Virus record (IMG/VR): IMGVR_UViG_3300024265_000187
Location: 1-26,226 of that record
Strand: one strand, 5' to 3'
Source: a virus
Taxonomy: Duplodnaviria; Caudoviricetes
Length of the DNA: 26,226 nucleotides
Part shown: positions 8,071-16,333 of the stretch, piece after piece
How the letters are laid out: each line of letters begins with the position of its first letter
How positions within the stretch are numbered: position 1 is the stretch's first letter
Program-made: the position numbers and the translations under genes
The notes under the pieces: generated by a model
Seen by the model: only the letters and a program-made list of their open reading frames with translations
Told to the model about the DNA's origin: nothing
Database searches by the model: none

Positions 8071-10565
8071 GACAGGCTTGTGACGCGCTCTTTTCTCCAG
8101 GACAGGTGGTCGAGCTGCGCGTGCTTGGAATCAACCATAAGGACGGAGCTAACGCTTCAGGGTGGTTCAACGACTTCGACAAATTGACGGAGTGCGCAGT
8201 TAGATACGATGCCAAGAATCCTCTTGGAATCTACACAACATTGGGCGAAGTTCACGCGGGATGCATCGCAAGAAGCAATAACCAAATCCAAGAACGAACC
8301 AAGGTCACGACGTCGGACAAAGACATCCTGACTAGACACTGGTTTCCAGTTGACATCGATCCAACCAGACCATCAGGAGTCTCTAGCACCGACAACGAGT
8401 TGCGATTGGCGCAAGAAATGGCCGACGAAGTGCAACGCTGGCTGAAGGAAGAACATGGTTTCAACGACGCGCTTAGAGCCAACAGCGGCAATGGTGTTCA
8501 TCTGCTGTACAGGGTGCTGATGCCTAACGAAGATCGATACAAGCTACTATTCAGCAAGGCAATGGCAGCCGTCAGCAATCAATTCACCAACGATCAAGTG
8601 GGGATAGACACCGGCAACTTCAACGCTGCGAGGATCTTCAGGCTGTACGGAACTACGGCAAGAAAGGGGTTGGACCTGGAGGGAGAGCGACCACACCGGC
8701 AATCAGAACTGGTGTTTGAAGGTGATCCGCCGACCTTCGATTCCATGAGAGCAACACCATTGGAAACTATCGCAAAGCTTGTCTCTGGACGCTCTGCTGC
8801 CGCCGCCGCATTGCCGAATTCCAAAAGAACAAGGAACCATGAAGATCCCGATAAGAAGCTGTTCGACCTGGATGCGTTTATCAAGAAGTACGGGATCACA
8901 GTTGTCAGGATTGAACCGATCGGATCGAAAGGCGCGAAATACATACTCGACCATTGCGTGTTCGATTCATCACACACCGGAACTTCGGCAGCATTAGGAC
9001 GGGGGGAAACCGGAGCGATATTCTACAAGTGTTTCCACAATTCTTGCACAGAGAAGGGATGGCAAGAGGTCAGGGACAAGTTCGGTGACAGCAAGAAGTC
9101 TCGCGCGGGCCGGCGCAAGAGATCAGACATTACGGAAAGAACCGACGACAGCAACCCGTGGACCTTGGCGCAACTGTTGATCGAAGAACTCTATACAGAT
9201 GAGTGTACTGGACAGGTTCACATCCGAAGACAGGGAGAAGTGTTCTACACGTATCGACCCACCAAGCGATGCTATGTCGAGGTCAGCGATGACGAGATCA
9301 GGATGGGAATCACGCGCTGGTTGGGAGATATGACAGAAAAGCTGAGCCAACGACAGGTCAACGAAGTGTATCGCGCATTGTGCGCACGAGTAACCGTCAC
9401 ATCCGAAATCGAAATCCCGTTCATGTCGAGGGTTAACCAGGAAGAGGGATGTACAACGGGCGATCCGCGGCGAAGAAACTACGTGACGCTGAAGAACGGA
9501 ATACTGGACTTGGATTTGGTAGTCGAGGATCGGCCACCGGACGAATGCCTGTTGACGCACACGGCCGAGTGGTTGACGTTGAACGCCTTACCGTTTGGAT
9601 ACCCGACCACGGACAGAGATGCACAGTGTCCGAGTTGGCATAGATTCCTGAATCAGATCATGGAGGGTGATGCACAGAGAATCGACATCATTCAAGAGGC
9701 GTTCGGCTATTGCCTGATGCCCAGCACGTTCCTTGAAAAGTTCTTCGTTCTGTCGGGTGTCGGCCGCAATGGAAAATCAACCCTGCTGAATGTCTTGCGA
9801 CACATGTTGGGACCGGACAATGTTGATTCATTGACACCTGAACAGCTTGGTGATCGGTATCTTGTAGCGCGACTTCAATCTAAGTTTGCAAATCTATGCG
9901 CGGACATGAGTGAGATTCAGAGAACCCAGGAAGGCATGCTGAAATCAATCGTTTCCGGTGAGCCGATCATCAGTGACAGAAAGTACAAAGACGCAGTCCA
10001 AATCCGGCCGAGGGCAAAGCTGTTTTTCGCCGCCAACCTACTGCCGAGGTTTGGAGACACGTCGCTGGGGATGTGGCGCAGGATGATCTTGCTGCCGTTC
10101 AACTACATCGTTCCACTGGACAAGGTTGACGTGCATCTATTCGCCAAGCTGCAAAAAGAAATGCCCGGCATCCTGCTGTGGGCCATTGGCGGGATGGTCA
10201 GGTTGTGCAGTCAGAAACGATTCAGTGCTTCAGGCATCTGTGCGAAGGGTGTGAGGGACTATCGGATGCAGTGCTTCCCGATACTCACTTTCCTAGAAGA
10301 ATGCACTGACGGAGAAGGAGAGGCCACCACAAGAGAACTGTGGACGGCATACAAAAAGTGGTGCAAGGCCTGCGGGCTGATTAAGCCCAAGCCGATGCAC
10401 GCATTTGCCCGAGACGTGGTGATGTTCCGCAGCGCAGTACAACGAAGGCAGACGGGCTCGGAGAACGCGGGGAATGTCAGATTTTTCGGGATAAGCCTGA
10501 AGCCGAACCTGGACATCGATGTGATCAGCGAGGGTGGCACGGCATCGGAAAGCTACGGATGGTAA
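8031..10565 (+). CDS. AEP primase-polymerase fused to Zn-binding domain and D5/P4-type SF3 helicase
   Basis: VDIDP (motif I), SGNGVHL (motif II), RIFRLYGT; CVFDSSH...CFHNSC; CPSWHRFLNQI; Walker A GVGRNGKST; FAANLLP; WRRMILLPF; C-terminal wHTH-like ELWTAYKKWC. Confidence 0.9.
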   Translation: MAPGLDTTKSQKIRQACDALFSPGQVVELRVLGINHKDGANASGWFNDFDKLTECAVRYDAKNPLGIYTTLGEVHAGCIARSNNQIQERTKVTTSDKDILTRHWFPVDIDPTRPSGVSSTDNELRLAQEMADEVQRWLKEEHGFNDALRANSGNGVHLLYRVLMPNEDRYKLLFSKAMAAVSNQFTNDQVGIDTGNFNAARIFRLYGTTARKGLDLEGERPHRQSELVFEGDPPTFDSMRATPLETIAKLVSGRSAAAAALPNSKRTRNHEDPDKKLFDLDAFIKKYGITVVRIEPIGSKGAKYILDHCVFDSSHTGTSAALGRGETGAIFYKCFHNSCTEKGWQEVRDKFGDSKKSRAGRRKRSDITERTDDSNPWTLAQLLIEELYTDECTGQVHIRRQGEVFYTYRPTKRCYVEVSDDEIRMGITRWLGDMTEKLSQRQVNEVYRALCARVTVTSEIEIPFMSRVNQEEGCTTGDPRRRNYVTLKNGILDLDLVVEDRPPDECLLTHTAEWLTLNALPFGYPTTDRDAQCPSWHRFLNQIMEGDAQRIDIIQEAFGYCLMPSTFLEKFFVLSGVGRNGKSTLLNVLRHMLGPDNVDSLTPEQLGDRYLVARLQSKFANLCADMSEIQRTQEGMLKSIVSGEPIISDRKYKDAVQIRPRAKLFFAANLLPRFGDTSLGMWRRMILLPFNYIVPLDKVDVHLFAKLQKEMPGILLWAIGGMVRLCSQKRFSASGICAKGVRDYRMQCFPILTFLEECTDGEGEATTRELWTAYKKWCKACGLIKPKPMHAFARDVVMFRSAVQRRQTGSENAGNVRFFGISLKPNLDIDVISEGGTASESYGW

Positions 10566-10825
10566 AGACTACAGATTGCTCCTACTGCAGTGCGCCCAAA
10601 CAAACCCCTAACGAATCGCGATCGCAGAAAAATCTATTAAGAGAGTGTATTGACGAGGGATGGCGACACGAAGCGTTCCAGCATTATTCTGTTCGCGTGG
10701 GGATCGCACTGCTGGGAATGGTGCTTGCTGTGATCGTAGCGTCAATGATGTGGTGCAGTACGGCGGCCCTACTAAGACAACACTCGTTGACCGATGTTCT
10801 GCAACCAATCAGATTGACGTGGTGA
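10559..10825 (+). CDS. Possible small membrane protein (CxxC plus one TM segment)
   Basis: Start overlaps the primase stop; VGIALLGMVLAVIVASMMW is hydrophobic; 54 bp convergent overlap lowers confidence. Confidence 0.35.
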   Translation: MVKTTDCSYCSAPKQTPNESRSQKNLLRECIDEGWRHEAFQHYSVRVGIALLGMVLAVIVASMMWCSTAALLRQHSLTDVLQPIRLTW

Positions 10826-10942
10826 CAACGTCTTGCCTCTGTAGTTCTGATCAAGACTGTCTAGGAATTCCACCTCTCGACAAGACATTCCGTGATCAGA
10901 ATTTAGCAAATCATCGACAAGCCGTTCTTCATCATAGGTCAT
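10772..10942 (-). CDS. Small hypothetical phage protein (56 aa)
   Basis: MSCREVEFLDSL...LSPRQSDWLQNI resembles a recurrent small phage protein pattern; start chosen at ATG 10942. Confidence 0.65.
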   Translation of the reverse strand: MTYDEERLVDDLLNSDHGMSCREVEFLDSLDQNYRGKTLSPRQSDWLQNIGQRVLS

Positions 10943-10987
10943 ATCGCCATTTCCAGTCCGGATCCGCGTACTATCGATAGAACACAT

Positions 10988-11218
10988 TTAAGAGAAGGGA
11001 TACATTCCGCACTGAGCACAAGGCTTGGAGCCCGGACACCCAGTAAGTTGATCTAGTTTCTGTTGTACACACCTCATTTCAGACTGAAGAATAGAGATCT
11101 GGTTAGAGTGTTGACCAATCGTCCAACTATCACCATTATCAGGAACATCACCACGAACGGCTTCTAGTGCATCATCCTGCCGTTGGTCTGCTTTCATGCA
11201 CTGCTCTTCGTGTGTCAT
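10988..11218 (-). CDS. Hypothetical protein with short coiled coil and Cys-rich end
   Basis: In series with the HTH gene; AGGTG upstream of ATG; C-terminal CAQC. Confidence 0.6.
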   Translation of the reverse strand: MTHEEQCMKADQRQDDALEAVRGDVPDNGDSWTIGQHSNQISILQSEMRCVQQKLDQLTGCPGSKPCAQCGMYPFS

Positions 11219-11226
11219 AGCGGCAC

Positions 11227-11577
11227 CTACTTTCTACGGGCCTTGTTACCGAACCGATCGAATGGCCGAGGCTTAGATTCAGACTTACCAGATGCGGGCC
11301 GAGTCACAATCTCAATGTCAAGGCCTAGCGCCTCGAGGATTTGAAGAAACGTGCTGAGCTGAACACCACCCCTTGATCGTACGCCTTCTCCGTGGACCAA
11401 CCGGACAAGCGAGTCTCTTGTGAACGGCCGATCCTTAGCAACCCTGTAAAGGCTCAAGCTCAATCGACCCATCGTCTCTTCAATTACTGTGGCGACGGAC
11501 TCAACGGTCGATTGCTTTCCGGCCACTACCAGCATGTCGAGAGAGTCGTTCCACGTAGCGGTTTTTTTCTTTGACAT
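11227..11577 (-). CDS. XRE/Cro-family helix-turn-helix regulator
   Basis: LSLYRVAKDRPFTRDSLVRLVHGE...LSTFLQILEALGLDIEI has the XRE HTH pattern; TGATG coupling. Confidence 0.75.
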   Translation of the reverse strand: MSKKKTATWNDSLDMLVVAGKQSTVESVATVIEETMGRLSLSLYRVAKDRPFTRDSLVRLVHGEGVRSRGGVQLSTFLQILEALGLDIEIVTRPASGKSESKPRPFDRFGNKARRK

Positions 11578-11813
11578 CAGATTATCACCTTGCCAACAAG
11601 TTCAAGCCCAGGAAGCAACGCTTGATCACGACGCACGGCGCCGTTGGATAGAATATCACTAGCACGCTTGAGAACAAAAAGGTCTGTGTGAAAACGGATA
11701 GCAACAAACTCGCGAACCTCCTTCCTGGTAGCAGGCTTTGAAGGATGGCCGAAAACACGGCCGATGGCCAATCGTTGATCATCGTCTAATTCGAGATTCG
11801 TTATAACCTTCAT
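11577..11813 (-). CDS. Hypothetical protein (MKVITNLELDDD...; alternative start 11894)
   Basis: Coupled to the HTH gene; start position uncertain. Confidence 0.6.
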   Translation of the reverse strand: MKVITNLELDDDQRLAIGRVFGHPSKPATRKEVREFVAIRFHTDLFVLKRASDILSNGAVRRDQALLPGLELVGKVII

Positions 11814-11911
11814 GCGGCAATCGTCTTCATAGTTGTGTCGGTGGCCGGTCGGGCTTCCGGCGTCATGTTTTTTCAGCCAACAGACTGCATTCATTCCTTC
11901 TGATGGCCGAT

Positions 11912-12235
11912 GGAGCTGATGCTACTAGCGATACCAACAACGGTGGGGAACATCCACCTTGCTCACGTTTGTCATAATGACCAAAACCAAAAGGCGCTCT
12001 ATCCATCCCTAACGCATCTCCGACACTAACGGAGACAGGACTTGAACCTGCGACCTTCGGATTATGAATCCGACGCGCTGCCAACTGCGCTACTCCGCAC
12101 TAATGCCCGGACCGCTGGCAAAACAAATCTTCGGCCACTTTCTAGTAAGGCCGGGTTGGCGTCTCATTGCGCCCACCACCGATCCGGGCTCAACGAGGGT
12201 TGGTAGAAACCCGCTCGCGTTACTCAATCAGCTCC
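11912..12235 (-). ncRNA. Candidate structured ncRNA (~325 nt) with embedded tRNA
   Basis: Nested long-range helices 12235-12227/11920-11912 (9 bp), 12218-12215/11931-11928 and 12205-12199/11938-11932, plus a three-way junction 12189-12105; own promoter. Confidence 0.5.
12027..12099 (-). tRNA. tRNA-Met(CAT), initiator-like variant; CCA not encoded
   Basis: TGCGGAG-TA-GCGC-AGTTGGCA-GCGC-G-TCGGA-TTCATAA-TCCGA-AGGTC-GCAGG-TTCAAGT-CCTGT-CTCCGTT-A folds into a full 73 nt cloverleaf. Confidence 0.92.
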
Positions 12236-12253
12236 TAGCTCCCAACACGAAAC

Positions 12254-12282
12254 AGGGTATACACGATTCAAGGCAGTGTCAA
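12254..12282 (-). promoter_or_regulatory. Sigma70-like promoter for the ncRNA/tRNA/small-gene unit
   Basis: TTGACA (12282-12277), 17 bp spacer, TACCCT (12259-12254); immediately after the structural-operon terminator. Confidence 0.7.
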
Positions 12283-12295
12283 CATGTTTTCGCGC

Positions 12296-12329
12296 AAATA
12301 AATGGCCCCGAGAGAAGGATCCCGGGGCC
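12296..12329 (-). terminator. Intrinsic terminator ending the structural operon
   Basis: GGCCCCGGGA-TCCTTC-TCTCGGGGCC (10 bp stem with one G-U pair) followed by ATTTATTT. Confidence 0.65.
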
Positions 12330-12332
12330 GGT

Positions 12333-12395
12333 AAAGAAACACCGTTGCGGGGGGGGGCCGAAGCCCGGCGCCCGGCGACGGAAGCAGCCAACGGT
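12333..12395 (-). terminator. Upstream hairpin with C(UUCG)G tetraloop; possible first terminator
   Basis: ACCGTTG...GGGC-TTCG-GCCC...CAACGGT followed by GTTTCTTT, starting at the lipoprotein stop codon. Confidence 0.45.
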
Positions 12396-12985
12396 CAGGG
12401 TGGAACCGAAGAATTGCCCCCAGGAGGAGCCACAGGAAGCCGCTCAAGGGCCTCTAGTCTTCGGCCGAAGTCCTGGAGCATTTGATCCATAGAAGCGAGG
12501 AAGGCCCCCTGCTGTTCGTCTAGCGGAACGTCAGCCGGCTGCTGAGTACCCTGGATCATGGAAATCAGAGGAACAATGGCCGTCAGCCCCCTGATGATGT
12601 TGTCAGATTGCCGGTTTGAAGCACCAAAGGCGTCTTCCGATATGCCCTGTATGCCAGAAGACGTAGGAGTGTACATCGCGATCCGCTGGAGCGACGACGA
12701 CTCCAGGTCCAGCCTTCCGGACTGATCAAAATGCAAGTCGCCCACGCCGAACAGAACGGCGGCCTCCTGGTTGCCCTCAGAATCATAGGTGACGGTTCCC
12801 TCCTCTTCGTTCCATCCGAACTGAGTCCATTGGTCACTCGCGCCGAGGATCTTCTTGCCTTGTCCGCCCGGATCGAACAACTGGCATCCTGGCAACCATG
12901 CCAACAAGGCCAATACGAACATCACCACAACGAAGGGCTCTTCGCATACGAAGGATACAACACGCTTCCAGGATTGACTCTTCAT
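12395..12985 (-). CDS. Predicted lipoprotein
   Basis: Basic N-terminus, hydrophobic FVVVMFVLALLAW, lipobox LPGC; SD GAGAGGA. Confidence 0.75.
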   Translation of the reverse strand: MKSQSWKRVVSFVCEEPFVVVMFVLALLAWLPGCQLFDPGGQGKKILGASDQWTQFGWNEEEGTVTYDSEGNQEAAVLFGVGDLHFDQSGRLDLESSSLQRIAMYTPTSSGIQGISEDAFGASNRQSDNIIRGLTAIVPLISMIQGTQQPADVPLDEQQGAFLASMDQMLQDFGRRLEALERLPVAPPGGNSSVPP

Positions 12986-13004
12986 AGGATTCCTCTCTTG
13001 TTAT

Positions 13005-13886
13005 TCACACAGCACGAACGAAGTCTCCTGTAGAATTGTCGTGTACGTTGATATCTCCGTCCAGCTTCGATCGGTTCTGTGCGCCACCGTAGATGTTAAC
13101 TTGCCCATCCAGTCCGTCAACGAGCCATGAGGACGTGTCAGGATCCCAAACGTTGAGTACACCAGTACGACTGGCACGGTGTCCATGTCCATTCGGATCA
13201 GGAGTAAACAACGGAATTGGCGCATGGCCAGCAGCAGCAGGCAAGGCAAACCCCCCGGGCGTAGCGCTGTTCCCGTTACCGCTGAAGTCTGGCTCAGGGT
13301 CGTCGGCCCCCAGGATTGGCAGATAAAAGTTTGGACCCACATTGTCAAGATGTGAGGTCCAGCGATGCAACAGAATTTGGCCACCGTCACCAAGTCTCTG
13401 GTTATTCCAAATCTTGGCCTCTGCGATTCGGCCATTGAACCGGAACGATTCCTGGCCATCCTGAAACTGTCCGATAATCAGGTCAGTACTAGTACTATCG
13501 ATGCCCCCAGAATGGCTCGCGGTGTAATCATTCGTCGTCTGTGCAACAGGATCCCAAACCTGCATGTCCAGTGTAGTTCCATCAAATCGGCATGTAACGT
13601 GATACCATTGGTTTAAGGTTGGCACAGAACCAACCTGCAAATGTACAGGCGTCGCAGTGTCAAATATGGTAAACAGAAATCCGAAGAACCCGCCACCACC
13701 CGTAGTGTTCGCGAGCCGAAACACATAGGATTGCCACTTACTCAAAATATGCTGTACGTCGCCCGATGTTGTTCCGGTCGGATACACCCAACACATCATA
13801 GAAAAGTCTTGGGCAGATACGTCGAGGATCGAATCATCCAAGACGCGCAACCGCTCACTGTTACTGTCTATCCATTCTCGTGCCAT
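13005..13886 (-). CDS. LamG/concanavalin A-like jelly-roll protein (virion adhesin candidate)
   Basis: DFSMMCWVYP, NQWYHVTCRFDGT, LIIGQ and FNGRIAEAKIWN are Laminin_G_3 hallmarks. Confidence 0.85.
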   Translation of the reverse strand: MAREWIDSNSERLRVLDDSILDVSAQDFSMMCWVYPTGTTSGDVQHILSKWQSYVFRLANTTGGGGFFGFLFTIFDTATPVHLQVGSVPTLNQWYHVTCRFDGTTLDMQVWDPVAQTTNDYTASHSGGIDSTSTDLIIGQFQDGQESFRFNGRIAEAKIWNNQRLGDGGQILLHRWTSHLDNVGPNFYLPILGADDPEPDFSGNGNSATPGGFALPAAAGHAPIPLFTPDPNGHGHRASRTGVLNVWDPDTSSWLVDGLDGQVNIYGGAQNRSKLDGDINVHDNSTGDFVRAV

Positions 13887-14377
13887 CAGACGTCGGAGTA
13901 TTGAAACTTCAATCCAAACAAGAGCGCGGCCGCAGCCATCGTGTCGGTAACACTGTCACGGAAAATTTCTGCATTTACAAGATCGCCAGCTTCATAATCA
14001 CCGGCAGTAAGAGTAATGCTGTGCGATTGAAGTAAAAACGCTGTACCGCTCTTCGTCTCAGTTCCCGTTTCCGTCGTTCTGGTTGCAGCACCACCAACAT
14101 CTTCGCCATCTTCGAGGGAAAGCAGGCTCCAATCCCAAGTCAAAGTTCCAGTAGTTGCGTCAGCAGTCCACTTGGGAATCAGCACTGGGCTACCAACGTA
14201 GTTATCAGGCACGAAGAAAGACAACCGGGCTCCGTCTTTTGTTCCGGAGTTAGTGAAAACGAGAATCTGCGGATCAATGACGGCGCCGGAATCTGAAATG
14301 CTGTACGGTTGCCAGTAAACTTTTCCAGAAGAATCAGGAATAGCGTTTCCAAGGATAGGGATTGATCTAGTTGCCAT
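13886..14377 (-). CDS. Putative virion protein (beta-sandwich)
   Basis: Beta-rich (FFVPDNY, AGDLVNAEIFRD, LFGLKFQY); TGATG coupling. Confidence 0.75.
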   Translation of the reverse strand: MATRSIPILGNAIPDSSGKVYWQPYSISDSGAVIDPQILVFTNSGTKDGARLSFFVPDNYVGSPVLIPKWTADATTGTLTWDWSLLSLEDGEDVGGAATRTTETGTETKSGTAFLLQSHSITLTAGDYEAGDLVNAEIFRDSVTDTMAAAALLFGLKFQYSDV

Positions 14378-14646
14378 CAGATGCCACCCCTTGTCACTTT
14401 GGTCTCAAGGAACCCGGTGATGATAGCGGTTTTGGCCGCATCACTGAATACGCCAGGAGCCACCCTCTCTATGGCATCACGAAATCGTGACGCAATGGCA
14501 TCCCACTCGTCTTCGCATGATTGAATGGCGACTGCCGACTGACTCTTGTCCCACGTAACAGACATTCGAGAAGCCTTCGACGGACCACCTCCATCACTTA
14601 CGCGGCGCTCAATCGCACGCAGCTCTTCGCTTATCATTTGAACCAT
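14377..14646 (-). CDS. Hypothetical protein
   Basis: 1 bp stop/start overlaps on both sides. Confidence 0.7.
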   Translation of the reverse strand: MVQMISEELRAIERRVSDGGGPSKASRMSVTWDKSQSAVAIQSCEDEWDAIASRFRDAIERVAPGVFSDAAKTAIITGFLETKVTRGGI

Positions 14647-15431
14647 TATTTTTCCACCAAATACGCATCGAAACCAGCAGCAACACGAACATTGATAGTA
14701 TCCGTCTGAACCTGTATTTTCACGATGAGTGGACCAGAAAAACCCTTCGGAACCATGTACTCATGATTCAATGGAGAGATGTCGGTAAAATACCTAACCT
14801 CTTTAGCGATGAATGCGGAATCAGGTTGTCCTGCGTTCTCTTTGACAAAAAGAAACCAATCTACTTTGACGGACACGGCGCCAGCAACCCTCAGGGCAGC
14901 AGCAGTAACATGCCGAATCCTAAATTCTTGTGTCGATGGAACACCATAAATTGCCATCATCGTTTGACCTTGTCCGGCAGCAATCATGGCAGTAATCGTT
15001 GCATCTATTTGCGCAGTTGCCGTGATAGTTCCTGCGCTAACGCCAAGAGAGCCAAAGGTGCGCCCGATCATCCGATGAATAATTACATAAGAGTTTGCAG
15101 TCGGAACGCTCGATGTACCATTGAGCACTACAACCTCGCCGACTTCTGGAGAGTCCCAATCGATTAATCCAAAAACCTCGACGGTTCGTATTCCAGGCCC
15201 TACCGGATCACCGTCATCGTCGGCACTGGATGAAGCAATATCATGCATTCTTGCCTGGGTAGGCGCAACCCAAACCTTCGTAGACGTAATGCCGTCGGCG
15301 CCATCCCATACGTCTGTATCTATGTTGGCGTCACAATCAGGCGCGCAACCGAACTTATTCAAAGTCAGGTAGCCAGTAGCACGACCAAGCGATGCCTCAA
15401 GCCCAAAATCTTTTGCCCCCAAAAAGGTCAT
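14646..15431 (-). CDS. Putative virion structural protein (beta-rich)
   Basis: LNKFG...DTDVWD, VEVFGL, EVVVLNGT and GQTMMAIYGVP resemble uncharacterised phage structural proteins; start at TAATG overlap 15431. Confidence 0.75.
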   Translation of the reverse strand: MTFLGAKDFGLEASLGRATGYLTLNKFGCAPDCDANIDTDVWDGADGITSTKVWVAPTQARMHDIASSSADDDGDPVGPGIRTVEVFGLIDWDSPEVGEVVVLNGTSSVPTANSYVIIHRMIGRTFGSLGVSAGTITATAQIDATITAMIAAGQGQTMMAIYGVPSTQEFRIRHVTAAALRVAGAVSVKVDWFLFVKENAGQPDSAFIAKEVRYFTDISPLNHEYMVPKGFSGPLIVKIQVQTDTINVRVAAGFDAYLVEK

Positions 15432-16333
15432 TACCAGATTTCCCAACTAGTATTATTGCTCAAAATTTCTATAGCTTCCTTGTCCGGCGAATCAACCAAA
15501 GTCACGGTGGACGCGCCTTCGATCAACTCGGAGCCAAACGGATCGACAGTTACATCGTTTCCCCCGGTTCCAACATTCTTGATCTTGAATCTCCGACCCT
15601 CGTTGCCCGTCGCCGTTGGTAGATTGACTGTAATAGCAACCAGGGTTGTGTCACACCTAACAGCATGATTGGACTTCGTCAACGTAACATCACCGGTAAC
15701 CGTAGTGATCTTCAAAACAGCCTCACCACCCGGAGCGGCATCGGTATTCATCCACACGCGCGTCTTGGGAGGATCAGCGGGCGGAGACGTTCCAACATGA
15801 ACATCGTCGTAGAAATCCGTAACGTCCGCACCATTGGTCTTGACCGATTGGCCATCCGTTCCATCGGCAATTGGAAGCGCAAACTCATTATGGATAATCA
15901 TCGCACCGTCGACATTGTGATCGACACGAAAAATCTCTACACCAGTAGTAAGATCACGCAAGAAAAACGCATCACCACCAGCGGAATTCTTGAACCCTAT
16001 CCGCCAACGATCAGGGAATCCCCCGGCGTCAAGAAAATTGATACCGGCTTCAGCATCAATAGTACGATGAAGACAGATCAAGGTAAAATCGGCGTTAATC
16101 GTAAGGGCACCGGTCAAAGTGCCACCAACAAGAGGAAGAAAAAGCGCAAACGTCGCACGCGCCTCATCTAGCGCCTCTCTCACGTTCTTGGGAAGAGAAG
16201 CCCAATCACCGGGAGTCGTTGGAATGTAAGGAATGCGAACAGCGCGAGCCCAATGGTCAAGATTGTCGACTATTAACCGTGGGGCGCCATCGAGCCCCAA
16301 CGGAGAAAGATTGTCTTGGATCAACAACGGCAT
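15431..16333 (-). CDS. Short tail fibre/spike-like protein
   Basis: NVREALDE and FLPLVGGTLTGAL fibre motifs, VGTSPP linker, C-terminal AITVNLPTA..GRRFKIK..IEG..W domain common at fibre tips; start at TAATG overlap 16333. Confidence 0.75.
   Translation of the reverse strand: MPLLIQDNLSPLGLDGAPRLIVDNLDHWARAVRIPYIPTTPGDWASLPKNVREALDEARATFALFLPLVGGTLTGALTINADFTLICLHRTIDAEAGINFLDAGGFPDRWRIGFKNSAGGDAFFLRDLTTGVEIFRVDHNVDGAMIIHNEFALPIADGTDGQSVKTNGADVTDFYDDVHVGTSPPADPPKTRVWMNTDAAPGGEAVLKITTVTGDVTLTKSNHAVRCDTTLVAITVNLPTATGNEGRRFKIKNVGTGGNDVTVDPFGSELIEGASTVTLVDSPDKEAIEILSNNTSWEIW

Noticed and set aside
12027-12099. tRNA as prophage attachment site
   Set aside because: Phage genes lie on both sides, and no duplicated 3' fragment or integrase was seen in the window.
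11912-12235. tmRNA, RNase P RNA or tRNA-linked theta/hammerhead ribozyme (terminal stem resembles tmRNA and RNase P ends)
   Set aside because: No G3-U70 pair or T-arm before the 3' strand, no GAGGAAAGUCC core, no CUGANGA/GAAA core, and no P1 partner for the tRNA trailer.
11863-12492. ORFs 11863-12084 (-) and 12064-12492 (+)
   Set aside because: They overlap the tRNA, promoter and terminators, and have no SD or protein features.
13139-13560. 13 bp direct repeat CAGGATCCCAAAC in the LamG gene as a DGR TR/VR pair
   Set aside because: Too short, simply encodes VWDP twice, shows no adenine-specific mismatch pattern, and there is no reverse transcriptase.
14646-14655. G_GAA_AAA_TAA as a tail-chaperone-type frameshift
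   Set aside because: P-site re-pairing (GAA to GGA) is poor, and the TAATG overlap already explains the frame relationship.
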